NCBI GenBank assembly: GCA_035492215.1
Contig: DATJJJ010000057.1
Coordinates: 324-64,323, forward strand
Source: Edaphobacter sp.
Lineage (GTDB): Bacteria > Acidobacteriota > Terriglobia > Terriglobales > Acidobacteriaceae
Direction of reading: 5' to 3'
DNA: 64,000 nt
This document shows, one piece after another, positions 1-10,265 of the stretch. The stretch's first letter is position 1; every line of letters starts with the position of its first letter. The notes beneath the pieces were generated by a model. The model searched no databases and had not been told where the DNA came from. It was given only the letters and a program-made list of their open reading frames with translations. The position numbers were made by a program, and so were the translations under genes.

Positions 1-81
1 GATGACGTGTTGGCCCTCTGATTCGGCTTCGAGAATTGCCTTAAGATAATCTTCTTTGGAGACGGTGATGGAGCTCTTCAT
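1..81 (-). CDS. DtxR/MntR-family metal-dependent transcriptional regulator, N-terminal fragment (runs off window)
   Basis: Manual translation from ATG at 81 gives MKSSITVSKEDYLKAILEAESEGQHVI. S-x-EDYLKAI is the typical DtxR/MntR N-terminal helix. Not in the ORF track. Confidence 0.75.
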   Translation of the reverse strand, partial: MKSSITVSKEDYLKAILEAESEGQHVI

Positions 82-164
82 TCCGGACCTTTCGGAAAAA
101 TACAGAACGTCTCTAGTTAACCATAGATAAATCCTGAAGATTAACGAAAGATCCGGAGAGAGAT

Positions 165-386
165 TTACTTCGATCGCGCGCCAAGAGCGACAAGTCCTAC
201 TCCGGCGACGAGAGAGATGGTGCTGAGCACCGGAGAGATGGGAACGGTCTCTTTTTTATCGTGGGAGATCTGAATGGGGCCTGCATCGACGTCCTTGTGT
301 TTATGAGTGAAGCTGAAGCCGCCTGTAGCAAAGCCGACGATACCTAAGAGGATCAGGACAATTCCGATAATGGTTGCTGGTTTCAT
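165..386 (-). CDS. Small two-TM membrane protein (DUF3185-like)
   Basis: 73 aa: IIGIVLILLGIV...DAGPIQIS...ETVPISP...GVGLV pattern with two hydrophobic segments. Confidence 0.7.
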   Translation of the reverse strand: MKPATIIGIVLILLGIVGFATGGFSFTHKHKDVDAGPIQISHDKKETVPISPVLSTISLVAGVGLVALGARSK

Positions 387-685
387 CTTCCCGGAGAACC
401 TTTCTTGCGGCAGATTGCCGAGAGTCTATGGAAGGTGCAGGCTCTCGGTCGTTACAGGTGCGATGCCAGCCCGGTGCGATGGAGATGTATTGAGAAAATC
501 TTGCGGGGCGTCAACTTGATTCGCGGCGAGCAGCAGGCGTAGGCTTGTCGTACACGGGAAAGGAGGATGATCCAGCCTATGAAATATGACAGTTCCAGTT
601 CGATCAATACACGTGAGGTGACTGAGGCTTAGAGCGTCCCTGCTCTTCGTCTGGCGATCTTCAGGAAGTCGACTGAATGTACTAC

Positions 686-780
686 GCCGAGGCAGGTCCG
701 GGCATGGACGCCTCAGGTCAATCTCCACAGTTCACCGGCCACGGCCCGCAACTCCCATGGAGCGCGGGCCGTCGCTTTTG
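686..780 (+). ncRNA. Candidate two-hairpin small RNA ending in a terminator-like stem
   Basis: Hairpin GAGGC-AG-GTCC/GGAC-GCCTC (689-714), C-rich linker, then 9-bp stem ACGGCCCGC/GCGGGCCGT (741-772) followed by TTTT. Confidence 0.3.
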
Positions 781-797
781 GTCTTAGAATGGGACAC

Positions 798-1568
798 ATG
801 ACACCTCTGGTAATAGCTGGAAGAGCTTTTCAGTCGCGGCTGATCGTAGGAACGGGAAAGTACAAAGACGGGCCGGAGACGCAGGCGGCGATCGAGGCGT
901 CGGGTGCGGAGATGGTCACCGTTGCAGTGCGGCGTGTGAATCTGGACCGGTCGAGCGAGTCACTGCTGGACTTTATCGATCCGCGACGTTACTTTCTGCT
1001 ACCGAATACTGCCGGCTGTTATACCGCCGAAGAGGCGATTCGCGCGGCACGGCTTGGGCGTGAGGTAGGACTTTCCGATTGGGTGAAGATTGAAGTGATC
1101 GGCGACCAGGCGACGCTGTATCCAGACGTTCAGGCGACGTTGGAGGCGACGCGGGTTTTGGCGAAGGAAGGGTTTACAGTTCTCCCCTATACCTCTGATG
1201 ACATTGTGTTTGCAAAGCGGCTGATTGATGCCGGGGCTGCCGCGGTGATGCCGTTGGGAGCGCCGATCGGCAGTGGGCTGGGCTTGCAGAACACGGCTAA
1301 CCTGCGGATTCTGCGTGAGCTGATTACCGAGGTTCCGTTGATTGTGGATGCGGGAGTCGGTACGGCTTCCGATGCGACGGTGGCTATGGAACTGGGCTTC
1401 GATGGCGTGCTGATGAATACAGCTATTGCGCAGGCCAGGGATCCATTACTGATGGCTGAGGCGATGCAGCATGCGGTACTTGCAGGCCGACAGGCGTACC
1501 TGGCGGGCAGAATGCCACGAAAGCTCTATGCCACGGCGAGTTCGCCGCTTGAAGGAATCTCGAAGTAA
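798..1568 (+). CDS. thiG: Thiazole synthase
   Basis: [41 protein letters not shown] motifs. Start placed at ATG 798 (7 nt after TAGAAT); 789 is the alternative. Confidence 0.97.
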   Translation: MTPLVIAGRAFQSRLIVGTGKYKDGPETQAAIEASGAEMVTVAVRRVNLDRSSESLLDFIDPRRYFLLPNTAGCYTAEEAIRAARLGREVGLSDWVKIEVIGDQATLYPDVQATLEATRVLAKEGFTVLPYTSDDIVFAKRLIDAGAAAVMPLGAPIGSGLGLQNTANLRILRELITEVPLIVDAGVGTASDATVAMELGFDGVLMNTAIAQARDPLLMAEAMQHAVLAGRQAYLAGRMPRKLYATASSPLEGISK

Positions 1569-1620
1569 AGACTCAATCTTGGTAGTCGGAAGCACCGTGG
1601 AAATGAAGTAAACTTCGCCC

Positions 1621-2130
1621 ATGCGGGTCTTCGGAATTGACTGCGGTACGGAGTTCACCGGCTACGGAGTGGTCGAGGTGGATTGCGATGCGCCCATGCC
1701 GCGACTGGTTCATGTTGCGGCGGGAACGATCCGGCTCCACAAGAAGGAAAAGACTCCGCAGCGGCTGGCACAGGTCTATGCGGAGTTGACGGCATCGATT
1801 GCCTTGCATGGACCCGATGTCGTAGCGATCGAAGAGGTCTTCTTTTCGGCTAATGCCAAGTCGGCGCTAAAACTTGGACAGGTTCGTGGTGTGGCTATGC
1901 TGGCAGCGGCCACTATGGGGTTGGCGGTTGTGGAGTATGCTCCGCTGAAGATTAAAAGTTCCGTGGTGGGCTACGGGTTGGCAGCCAAAGAGCAAGTGCA
2001 GTTTATGGTGACCCGTCTGCTGGAGTTGAGTGAAGCTCCGGAATCTGCCGATGCAGCAGATGCGCTCGCCATTGCGATCTGCCATATCCATACGGCACAG
2101 ACGATGACGGCGCAAGGTGCTGTGCGATGA
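1621..2130 (+). CDS. ruvC: Holliday junction resolvase RuvC
   Basis: GIDCG, AIEEVF, LGQVRG, DAADALAIAICH catalytic motifs. Confidence 0.97.
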   Translation: MRVFGIDCGTEFTGYGVVEVDCDAPMPRLVHVAAGTIRLHKKEKTPQRLAQVYAELTASIALHGPDVVAIEEVFFSANAKSALKLGQVRGVAMLAAATMGLAVVEYAPLKIKSSVVGYGLAAKEQVQFMVTRLLELSEAPESADAADALAIAICHIHTAQTMTAQGAVR

Positions 2131-2837
2131 AAAGCAGATTTGTCGTTGCCATCACTTTTGTGGCGAGCTGCTGTTGCGCTCAGACTGCAGCGGCTCCTGC
2201 CGAAGCTGCGACAAGCTCTCCGGGGGGAACCATTCCTAAGGTAAGTTTTCAGTTTGAGCGGGTAGGACTGCCGGTTCCGAAGTTCACGATTGTGGTTCAT
2301 GAGGATGGTACAGGCACCTATCAGGCAGAGATTGCTCCGGTAAGCAGTGGAGGGATGGGCCAGACTGCAGCAGCGTCTTCCGTGAACCAGCCGATTACGG
2401 TAAGTTCGCCGACAAAAGAGATGATCTTCAAGACGGCGCGTTCTCTGGACCACTTCAATATCGAGTGCGCCTCCAAAGCAAAGCATATTGCGGATACCGG
2501 CAAGAAGGTATTGAGCTATCAGGGGACAGACGGGCAGGGATCGTGTCTGTATAACTACTCCGAAAACAAGGGCATCATGCAGCTTACGGACATCTTTTAT
2601 GCGCTTGCGTTCACGATGGATGAGGGCCGGAAGCTCGCGTTTTTACACCGCTTCGACCGCTTGGGACTTTACTCGGAGATGGACGTGCTTCAGCATGAGG
2701 TCGAAGGCAAGCGAGCGATCGAGCTGGCTAATATCGCCCCGGCGCTCCATTCGATCATTGCCGACGAAGACCTGATGCAGCGCGTTCGCGAACGGGCTGC
2801 GCGGTTGCTGGCACAAGTCGACGACGGAACGAAATAA
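2127..2837 (+). CDS. Hypothetical exported protein
   Basis: N-terminal signal-like peptide; ATGA overlap with ruvC stop; 236 aa with protein-like composition. Confidence 0.75.
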   Translation: MKSRFVVAITFVASCCCAQTAAAPAEAATSSPGGTIPKVSFQFERVGLPVPKFTIVVHEDGTGTYQAEIAPVSSGGMGQTAAASSVNQPITVSSPTKEMIFKTARSLDHFNIECASKAKHIADTGKKVLSYQGTDGQGSCLYNYSENKGIMQLTDIFYALAFTMDEGRKLAFLHRFDRLGLYSEMDVLQHEVEGKRAIELANIAPALHSIIADEDLMQRVRERAARLLAQVDDGTK

Positions 2838-2842
2838 CGCAA

Positions 2843-3655
2843 TTAGAGTGATAAGGGAGTTTGCTTAGGATGAAGGGCGCGGTAAAGCTCTGCCATTGCC
2901 TCGAGCGGGAGAGATTCTGCGCGTGCCTGACGCGCGATCACGGTAGGCCAGGAGGCGCTCAACTGAGCTGCGGGATATCCAGCGGCACGCAGGTTGTTTT
3001 CCAGGGTCTTTCGTTTCTGCGCGAAGCTCTGCCTTAGAAAGGTATCGAAGCCTGCGGGATCGACGTCCAGTTCAATAAACCGTGGAGCGAAGTGAAGACG
3101 AAGCACCGTGGAGTAGACCTCGGGGGGCGGTGAAAAGGCTCCGGGAGGAAGGGTGAACAGATGCTCAACCTGCGCATTCATTTGCGCTGTAGCGGAGAGC
3201 AGGCCATAGTCGCGCACACCCGGCGAGGCGGCGACCCGATCGGCGACCTCGCGCTGCATCATTACGACCGCCCGTGAGAGCACGCCGATGGAACCTGCAG
3301 CGAAGAGCTTCAGCAGAATATCCGAGGTGATGTAGTAAGGGAGATTGCCGATGACGTCGGCGGTCTCCCCGTGGGCGAGCAGGGAGGCGAAGTCGACCTT
3401 CAGCACGTCGGACTCAACAATGGAGACGCGCGGATTGCTGGAAAAACGCTGGGCCAGCGCGGGAGCAAGTTCGCGATCCAGCTCCAAGGCGATAAGCCTG
3501 CCTGCTCGTGGCGCAAGAATTTCGGTAATCGCGCCTTTGCCGGGGCCGATTTCGATAATGGTGCGCTGGCTTATATTGCCTAAAGCATCGGCAATTGCGT
3601 GGCGAGCGCGGTCATCGACCAAAAAGTTCTGACCGAGTTTGGGTTTGCGTTTCAT
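2843..3655 (-). CDS. rsmA: 16S rRNA m6,2A dimethyltransferase
   Basis: LGQNFL, EIGPGKG, GNLPYYITS, MQREVA, F.QKRKTL motifs. Confidence 0.97.
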   Translation of the reverse strand: MKRKPKLGQNFLVDDRARHAIADALGNISQRTIIEIGPGKGAITEILAPRAGRLIALELDRELAPALAQRFSSNPRVSIVESDVLKVDFASLLAHGETADVIGNLPYYITSDILLKLFAAGSIGVLSRAVVMMQREVADRVAASPGVRDYGLLSATAQMNAQVEHLFTLPPGAFSPPPEVYSTVLRLHFAPRFIELDVDPAGFDTFLRQSFAQKRKTLENNLRAAGYPAAQLSASWPTVIARQARAESLPLEAMAELYRALHPKQTPLSL

Positions 3656-3738
3656 GGCTTCCGAAGCCTGGGAACTGTTTTCTGCATCTCTTTGTATAGA
3701 CTAACGTTCGAGACAGAACGAAGGAAGAAGGAGACGGC

Positions 3739-5187
3739 ATGCATATTGTGTTCGCGGCTTCGGAGTGCGCGCCATGGGCGAAGACCGGAGGTTTGGCAGA
3801 TGTGATCAGCGCTCTGCCCAAAACCCTGGTGAAGATGGGGCATAAGGTTCAGGTTTTTATTCCCTACTATCGTCAGGTTGCCAAAGCCGTCTCTAACCCG
3901 CCGGTGGTGTTGTCGAGCGTGACGATTCCATTTGCCTCGTATAACCGCTTTGTCCGGATCCTCGACGGAGGCATCGTGGATGGCGTGCAAATGTACTTTG
4001 TCGACTCCCCCGAGCTGTTTGATCGTGAAAGTTTTTATGCAACGCCATCCGGCGACTATCCCGATAACGCCGAGCGTTTTGGAACTTTCTGCCGTGCAGT
4101 CATTGAGAGCACTAAAGTGCTTGGGATTCCTGACATCTTTCATGTGCATGACTGGCAGGCTGCAATGGTTGCTGTCATGCTGCGTTCGGTCTACTACTTC
4201 GATCCTGTCTTCCGTCATGTTCCTGCCGTGCTTACGATCCATAACGCCGGATACCAGGGATGGTTCCCACCTCGCACGATGGAAACCTTGCTGCTTCCGT
4301 GGGACATGTTCACGATGGACAAGCTGGAGCACTACGACAAGGTGAACTTTCTGAAGGGTGGCGTGGTCTATGCCGATGCGATCACAACGGTAAGCGAGAC
4401 TTACGCGCAGGAGATTCAAACTCCGGAGTTCGGCAACGGAATCGAGGACGTGCTGAGGCGACGCTCAGGCGATCTCTTCGGAATCCTTAATGGCGCCGAT
4501 TACACCGAGTGGGACCCTGCGATTGATCCTCATATTGCTGCTCATTACACAAAGGACAAGCTGAGCGGCAAGAAAGAGTGCCGGCGTGACCTGCTGCATG
4601 CCTTTCGTTTGGAAGATGTCGACGACAACGCTGCAGTCATTGGCGTGGTTTCGCGCTTTGCAACGCAGAAGGGAATCGATTTTATCGTCGATGTTCTCGA
4701 CCGGCTGATGCAGGAAGATGTAGTCCTGGTGATGTTGGGAAATGGAGAAGAGTATTACGAGCGTCTGCTGACCGAGATGGCCGAACTCTATCCCCAGAAG
4801 ATGCGGGTTCAGGTGAAGTTCGACAACGTAATGGCGCACAAGATCGAGGCAGGCTCCGACATCTTTCTGATGCCTTCACGCTACGAACCGGGCGGGCTGA
4901 ATCAGATCTATGGCCTGAAGTATGGAACGATACCGGTCGTGCGCGCCACTGGCGGCCTTCAGGACACAATCCACGAGCGGCCGGATGGACAAGGCAACGG
5001 CTTCAAATTCTGGGGCTACGATTCGGACGCTTTTTGGGATGCGATTCGTCGCGCGCTTGCGACCTTCCAGGATAAGCCGACATGGACTGCCATGATGAAA
5101 AGGGCGATGGAAGAAGACTTTTCGTGGGAGAAACCGGCGTTGGAGTATGTGCGCGTTTATGAGCGCTCGATTCAAAACAGAATGTAA
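3739..5187 (+). CDS. glgA: Glycogen synthase
   Basis: KTGGLADV, HVHDWQ, TIHN, MPSRYEP, RATGGL motifs. Confidence 0.96.
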   Translation: MHIVFAASECAPWAKTGGLADVISALPKTLVKMGHKVQVFIPYYRQVAKAVSNPPVVLSSVTIPFASYNRFVRILDGGIVDGVQMYFVDSPELFDRESFYATPSGDYPDNAERFGTFCRAVIESTKVLGIPDIFHVHDWQAAMVAVMLRSVYYFDPVFRHVPAVLTIHNAGYQGWFPPRTMETLLLPWDMFTMDKLEHYDKVNFLKGGVVYADAITTVSETYAQEIQTPEFGNGIEDVLRRRSGDLFGILNGADYTEWDPAIDPHIAAHYTKDKLSGKKECRRDLLHAFRLEDVDDNAAVIGVVSRFATQKGIDFIVDVLDRLMQEDVVLVMLGNGEEYYERLLTEMAELYPQKMRVQVKFDNVMAHKIEAGSDIFLMPSRYEPGGLNQIYGLKYGTIPVVRATGGLQDTIHERPDGQGNGFKFWGYDSDAFWDAIRRALATFQDKPTWTAMMKRAMEEDFSWEKPALEYVRVYERSIQNRM

Positions 5188-5253
5188 GCAATCGTGCTTT
5201 GCATGGGTGTTGTTTGTTGAAAAGCCGAAAGGCGAATGCGGAGGGGAAGAAGT

Positions 5254-6207
5254 ATGGAAAAGAAGAAGCTTGGTAATTCGGATATGGAACTGAGTCCGAT
5301 TGGATTTGGTGCGTGGGCCATCGGAGGCGGAGACTGGCAGTTTGCGTGGGGACCACAAGATGATAATGATTCGATTGCGGCGATTCACAAGGCGCTCGAT
5401 CTTGGCATCAACTGGATCGACACTGCCGCAGTTTATGGTTTGGGACATTCGGAAGAGGTTGTTGCGCGTGCTCTGAAGACAAGTAGCCATAAGCCTTACG
5501 TCTTTACGAAGTGCGGCCTGGTCTGGAATGAAAAGCGCGAGGTGATCAACGACCTGAAGCAGGTTCGCCGCGAGGTGGAGGACAGCCTCCGACGATTGCA
5601 GGTCGAGACGATCGATCTTTACCAGATGCACTGGCCGAAGCCGGATGAGGATATCGAAGAGGCCTGGAGCGTAATGGCCGATCTGAAGAAAGAGGGCAAG
5701 GTCCGCTGGATCGGTGTCTCGAACTTCAGCGTGAGCCAGCTAGAGCGAGCGATGAAGATTGCTCCCGTTACTTCGAATCAGCCTCCTTACTCCATGCTTA
5801 ACCGTGCGGTAGAGGCCGAGGTCCTGCCGTTCTGTAAGAAGAACGATATTGGAACCATCAACTATGCTCCGATGCATTCTGGGTTGCTGACTGGCGCAAT
5901 GTCCAAAGAGCGTGTTGCAAACTTCCCGAAAGACGACTTCCGTCGCAATGCGAAGAACTATCAGGAGCCGTTGCTGTCACGAAATCTCGCCGTGGCCAAT
6001 TTTATTGGAGAGATCGGCAAGCGGCATGGCGTGAGTGCGGGTGTAATTGCAATTGCGTGGACGTTGCATAACCCCGCGATAACAGCAGCAATCGTCGGTG
6101 GTCGCAATGCCAAGCAGGTTGAGGGAGTTATTTCTGCAACGACTTTCCGGCTTTCAGCGGGCGAGTATCAGGAGATCCAGACTTACCTCGTAGAACACGT
6201 TGCCTAA
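5254..6207 (+). CDS. Aldo/keto reductase
   Basis: IGFGAWAIGG, DTAAVYG, IDLYQMHWP, IGVSNF, QPPYSML motifs; purine-rich SD before ATG 5254. Confidence 0.93.
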   Translation: MEKKKLGNSDMELSPIGFGAWAIGGGDWQFAWGPQDDNDSIAAIHKALDLGINWIDTAAVYGLGHSEEVVARALKTSSHKPYVFTKCGLVWNEKREVINDLKQVRREVEDSLRRLQVETIDLYQMHWPKPDEDIEEAWSVMADLKKEGKVRWIGVSNFSVSQLERAMKIAPVTSNQPPYSMLNRAVEAEVLPFCKKNDIGTINYAPMHSGLLTGAMSKERVANFPKDDFRRNAKNYQEPLLSRNLAVANFIGEIGKRHGVSAGVIAIAWTLHNPAITAAIVGGRNAKQVEGVISATTFRLSAGEYQEIQTYLVEHVA

Positions 6208-7586
6208 TGATCGGACGATAGCGCCTTCTTCTGGTTCTTCTGAAAGGCATAGTGCAACGGGATTCCAAGCAGGATAATGACGACTCCGATGGTGGAGTTC
6301 CGTGGCTGATCTGCAAAGGAGAAGACCAGAAGAACGCTTGCCGCTGCAATGAACAGCAGCGGCAGCAGCGGATATCCCCACATGCTGTAGGGGCGCGACG
6401 CCGCGGGGATGCGGCGGCGGAAGACAAAGATCGTGCTTGCGGTCAGGGCATAAAAGAACCACTCCGCAAAGATGGCGAGCGAGAAGAGTGCCTGAAAGCG
6501 TCCGATGAAGAGCAATAGCAGGGAGCTGAGGACTGCCTGAAGGATCAGCGCCGTCGAAGGCGTGCGGAAGCGCGGATGAACATGAGCGAGTTGGCGAAAA
6601 AAGAGGCCATCGTGCGCGGCGGCAAAAGGAACCCTCGCTCCTGAGAGCGACGAGCCTACGAACGTCGCGCAGATGCTGACTGCCATTCCGATGGAGACGA
6701 GTCCTTCTCCCCAGCCTCCAGTGATCAGACGGAGGGCGTCAGCAGCAGGGCGATCGGAAGCTGCAATTGTAGCCGCGGGCATGACGTACTGAATCGCTGC
6801 GTTGGTCAGCATGTAAAGTCCGCCGACAATGGCGACTCCTCCGATCAAGGCAAGAGGCATGCTTCGCTGCGGGTTTTGGATCTCACCTGCCATCTGCGTC
6901 ACGTCGCTCCAACCGTCGTAGGCCCAGAGCGCGGCGATCAGAGCGATCATGAATCCGGAGAAGCCTCCGCGAGCTCCGGTGAACTCGGTTGCGAAGTTAT
7001 GCCAGGAACCATGATTTCCTGCAGCCCAAAAGCAGACGCCCGCGATGACGGCAATGAGAAGAATCTTCAGCCAGGTGAGTGCAAGCTGTACGTTGCCTGA
7101 TTTGCGCGTGCCGAGGATGTTCAGTCCGGTGATGATCCAGGTCATGACAATAGCGAAGACCTGACTCCAATGCAACGGGCCGAAGGCGGGCTGCTCGAAG
7201 AAGTGAAAGATCGGAAAAGTGGCAAGGACGCGTGCCAACCCCGCGGCGATGGTGGCGATGGATGCAGGCTTGGCGACGGTAATCCAGGTCCACATATAGA
7301 GGAAGCCGACGAGGTCGCCGTAGGCTTCGCGCAGGAAAGCATATTCTCCGCCGTACTTGGGGCGAAGCGCAGCGATCTCGGCGTAGGTCATGGCTCCGAA
7401 GAGCGAGAGCAGGCCGCCGACGATCCACACGGCGTAGACCATGCTGGAGGAGCCAACTGCCGCCATCATCTCGCGGGGGACAAGAAAGATTCCACTGCCG
7501 ATGATGATTCCCACCACGATGGAGGTTGCGTGCGATGCGTTCAGGACACGCGGTAACTCTGTCTGTGGCTGCTCGGTTGTCTGCAT
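6204..7586 (-). CDS. APC-family amino acid permease
   Basis: GIIIGSGIF, GGEYAFL, WAYDGW, GEIQNPQR motifs with ~12 TM segments. Start trimmed to MQTTEQ to avoid overlap with the upstream gene. Confidence 0.92.
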   Translation of the reverse strand: MQTTEQPQTELPRVLNASHATSIVVGIIIGSGIFLVPREMMAAVGSSSMVYAVWIVGGLLSLFGAMTYAEIAALRPKYGGEYAFLREAYGDLVGFLYMWTWITVAKPASIATIAAGLARVLATFPIFHFFEQPAFGPLHWSQVFAIVMTWIITGLNILGTRKSGNVQLALTWLKILLIAVIAGVCFWAAGNHGSWHNFATEFTGARGGFSGFMIALIAALWAYDGWSDVTQMAGEIQNPQRSMPLALIGGVAIVGGLYMLTNAAIQYVMPAATIAASDRPAADALRLITGGWGEGLVSIGMAVSICATFVGSSLSGARVPFAAAHDGLFFRQLAHVHPRFRTPSTALILQAVLSSLLLLFIGRFQALFSLAIFAEWFFYALTASTIFVFRRRIPAASRPYSMWGYPLLPLLFIAAASVLLVFSFADQPRNSTIGVVIILLGIPLHYAFQKNQKKALSSDH

Positions 7587-7636
7587 GGGATGCTCGGAGA
7601 GTAGCACAGCTGAGGGTTCGGATTGTCGATGAATCT

Positions 7637-9244
7637 TTAGTAGTAGTGTTTGAACCTTGCCCAGCTGTTCATCGGAGCCTGGATTCGCTGGCAATCATGC
7701 AGAAGATAGATATGTTTGTGTTCGTATGGCATCGACAAAGGATGATTCATATCGCCAACCAACTCCACTTGTCGGCATTCCTTTTGAAAATGCGCAGGCG
7801 GGTCACCGGAAAGCACAATCAAGACATCGGACCCTACGCCATGGGGCCCCCAGATCCAATAGTTGTTATGGCCACTGATAATAGGCGGCAGGTCATGGCC
7901 AAGAAAATCCAATGCTCCGGCTTCTCCATAATTGTCGACAAGCACTCCGGCATGAGCACGTTCCTCTGGAGAAAGTTGTTGCACCGCTGCCGTGACCAGA
8001 TCCACCTCTTCCTGCCAGCCAAAACGGTCGGCGTAGAACTGGGGCAGGATCCCACTGGTCAAATTCTCCGTGTTGCCCGATTCGTCATACAGGTGGGTCG
8101 CTTTCGCGTAAGTCACCCAAGTGTAGGGTCTGAGGACAGGAATCGCCATCGGAAGGAGAATGAGTCCGGTGATGAGGAGGAGGGCCTGATAGATCGGGAA
8201 GGAGAAAGTGCGTCCTTGCTGAACGGCGCGACGATTCGAGAAGTGTGTTTCCCAGGCTAGTCCTCCTGCAGCGAAGAGGATGGGATAGATGGGAATGACA
8301 TAGTAGTCTTTCGCATGAAGTGCCATCATCCCTGTGAGAAAGATCAGATAGGTGTAGCCGAGGAATCGCCAGGTCTTTGCTGTTCGATTCAGTAGCAGCC
8401 AGAGAAGTCCGGGAATCCAGATGAGGATGGAGACGGGATTAAGGTTGAAGACTTGTTTGGCGAGGAAGGGCAGTGGGGCGAGCGCGATGTTCTTTCCGCC
8501 TACACGGTCATTGTGAAGGAACTCGAGCGTGGGCCACTGATGTGTAATCTGCCAGATCAGATTCGGCAGAGCGATGAGGATGAGGAGCGCTACTCCTGCA
8601 GCAGCCCAGCGAGAGAAGAGGATGCGCCGCTGCGGCGTGAAGAGAAGACCGACAAGCAACGCGATGAGGAAGAAGGTCATCGAGGGCTTGTTGAGCAGGC
8701 CGATGCCGGCGGAGACTCCGAAGAGAATCCAGAGCAGCTTGGGTTTGGAGCCGCACAGGATGAGGATGAGGGCGAGAACGCAGGTCATCCAGAAGAGGGA
8801 CTCGAAGGAGTTCATCGAGAGGAAGCTGTCGATCCCGAGATATTGCGGCGCCAGAAGCAGGCCGGTCATGGCGAGCGCCTGCGCGGGGCGGCGGCCGCCA
8901 AGCGACCAGGCAAGCAGCCCGGTGAGGAAGACGCGCGTTGCTCCGGCGAGTGCGGAGAGCATGCGAATTCCTGCCAGCGAATGACCGAAGAGAGTTTCGG
9001 CGAGCCGTGCCTGAACGGCGACGATGGGGCCGTGATCGACGTACCCCCAGGCGAGGTGCCGTCCGCAGATGAGGTAGTAGAACTCATCGCGGAAGTAGCC
9101 GTAACCGATGTGAGCCTGCCAGAGATTTGTGGCGATGTGAAGGACGAGCTTGATCGCCGCGAAGACCAGCGCGAGGCGAAGAGCGGAGCGCAGGGCGGGG
9201 TCGGCGGGGCGCACGATGGTGGTCGGGGCTGTTGCTGTGCTCAT
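7637..9244 (-). CDS. GT-C fold glycosyltransferase (family 39/ArnT-PMT-like)
   Basis: FRDEFYY, LAWGYVDHGP, GLLNK, PNLIWQ motifs; polytopic membrane protein. Confidence 0.88.
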   Translation of the reverse strand: MSTATAPTTIVRPADPALRSALRLALVFAAIKLVLHIATNLWQAHIGYGYFRDEFYYLICGRHLAWGYVDHGPIVAVQARLAETLFGHSLAGIRMLSALAGATRVFLTGLLAWSLGGRRPAQALAMTGLLLAPQYLGIDSFLSMNSFESLFWMTCVLALILILCGSKPKLLWILFGVSAGIGLLNKPSMTFFLIALLVGLLFTPQRRILFSRWAAAGVALLILIALPNLIWQITHQWPTLEFLHNDRVGGKNIALAPLPFLAKQVFNLNPVSILIWIPGLLWLLLNRTAKTWRFLGYTYLIFLTGMMALHAKDYYVIPIYPILFAAGGLAWETHFSNRRAVQQGRTFSFPIYQALLLITGLILLPMAIPVLRPYTWVTYAKATHLYDESGNTENLTSGILPQFYADRFGWQEEVDLVTAAVQQLSPEERAHAGVLVDNYGEAGALDFLGHDLPPIISGHNNYWIWGPHGVGSDVLIVLSGDPPAHFQKECRQVELVGDMNHPLSMPYEHKHIYLLHDCQRIQAPMNSWARFKHYY

Positions 9245-9392
9245 CCATTTCTCCAGAGGGAGAGTTCGGTACTATTCTTTTCAGAAGGTTACGACCGCTG
9301 TATGGTTTTTGTTCCGTGATCTGAGAGGATGTTGCTGGCGACATATTGGGGCCCGGGAAGAATTCTTTCAAACTATTTTTGTGGGGTGAGCG

Positions 9393-10259
9393 ATGGACTG
9401 GACTCCTGGCGGGCTTAGCAGGGATGTAGAGGATCGGCGAGGATCCTCAGGCGGCGGTTTTGGCGGCGGCGGAATCGGGATCATCGGTCTCCTTTTTCTT
9501 CTGGTGATCAGCCTTGTTACGGGGCGCAACTATATCGGCAGCTATCTGTCCGGCGGCGGTCATGTCGCTACGACGAACACTCGTCCCGCTACCTCTTCGG
9601 CGGCGGAGGATCGTTCCGCGCAGCTGGTTTCCTTCACGCTGGACGATGTGCAGCAGACGTGGGAGAAGCTGCTGCCGGAGCAGGCTCGTCAGGATTATCG
9701 TCACGCGAGGCTGGTTCTGTTTCGCGACTATACGAGGTCGGGCTGCGGTGCGGCGCAGTCGCAGACCGGTCCGTTCTACTGCCCGGCGGACGAGAAGGTG
9801 TATATGGACCTGAGCTTCTGGGATGAGCTGCGGCGCCTCGGTGGGGGCACGGCGGAGTTCGCGCAGGCTTATGTTGTAGCGCACGAGCTCGGCCATCATG
9901 TCCAGAACATCCTGGGGATCGACCAGCAGATGCGGCAGCTTCAGCAGCAGAACCCGAGGGCGCGAAATCAGCTGTCCGTGATGCTGGAGCTGCAGGCGGA
10001 TTGCCTGGCCGGAGTGTGGGGACACTCGGCGGCGCAGCGTGGAATCATCCATCAGGACGACGTTGACGCCGGCCTGCGTGCGGCAGCAGCGGTGGGCGAC
10101 GATCACATCCAGAAGATGTCGCGGGGCGCTGTGTCTCCGGAGAGCTTTACGCATGGAACTTCAGAGCAGCGTCAGAGCTGGTTCATGAAAGGACTCCAGT
10201 CCGGGGATATCCGTTCCTGCAATACTTTTCAGAGTCAGTCCAACGGCGGCAGCTTCTGA
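9393..10259 (+). CDS. Neutral zinc metallopeptidase (YpfJ-like)
   Basis: VEDRRG, GPFYCPAD, AHELGHHVQ (HExxH), ELQADCLAG, FTHGT motifs. Confidence 0.92.
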   Translation: MDWTPGGLSRDVEDRRGSSGGGFGGGGIGIIGLLFLLVISLVTGRNYIGSYLSGGGHVATTNTRPATSSAAEDRSAQLVSFTLDDVQQTWEKLLPEQARQDYRHARLVLFRDYTRSGCGAAQSQTGPFYCPADEKVYMDLSFWDELRRLGGGTAEFAQAYVVAHELGHHVQNILGIDQQMRQLQQQNPRARNQLSVMLELQADCLAGVWGHSAAQRGIIHQDDVDAGLRAAAAVGDDHIQKMSRGAVSPESFTHGTSEQRQSWFMKGLQSGDIRSCNTFQSQSNGGSF

Positions 10260-10265
10260 CGTAGA

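Noticed and set aside
426-788. TPP riboswitch or 100-aa ORF upstream of thiG
   Set aside because: No CUGAGA plus ACCUGA..AAU..GCGUAGGGA core arrangement; the ORF is not protein-like; thiG appears leaderless.
5201-5239. Hammerhead-like core TTGAAAA-GCC-GAAA-GGC-GAAT
   Set aside because: Three mismatches in the catalytic core relative to CUGANGA/GAAA and no convincing stem I; likely a simple GNRA hairpin.
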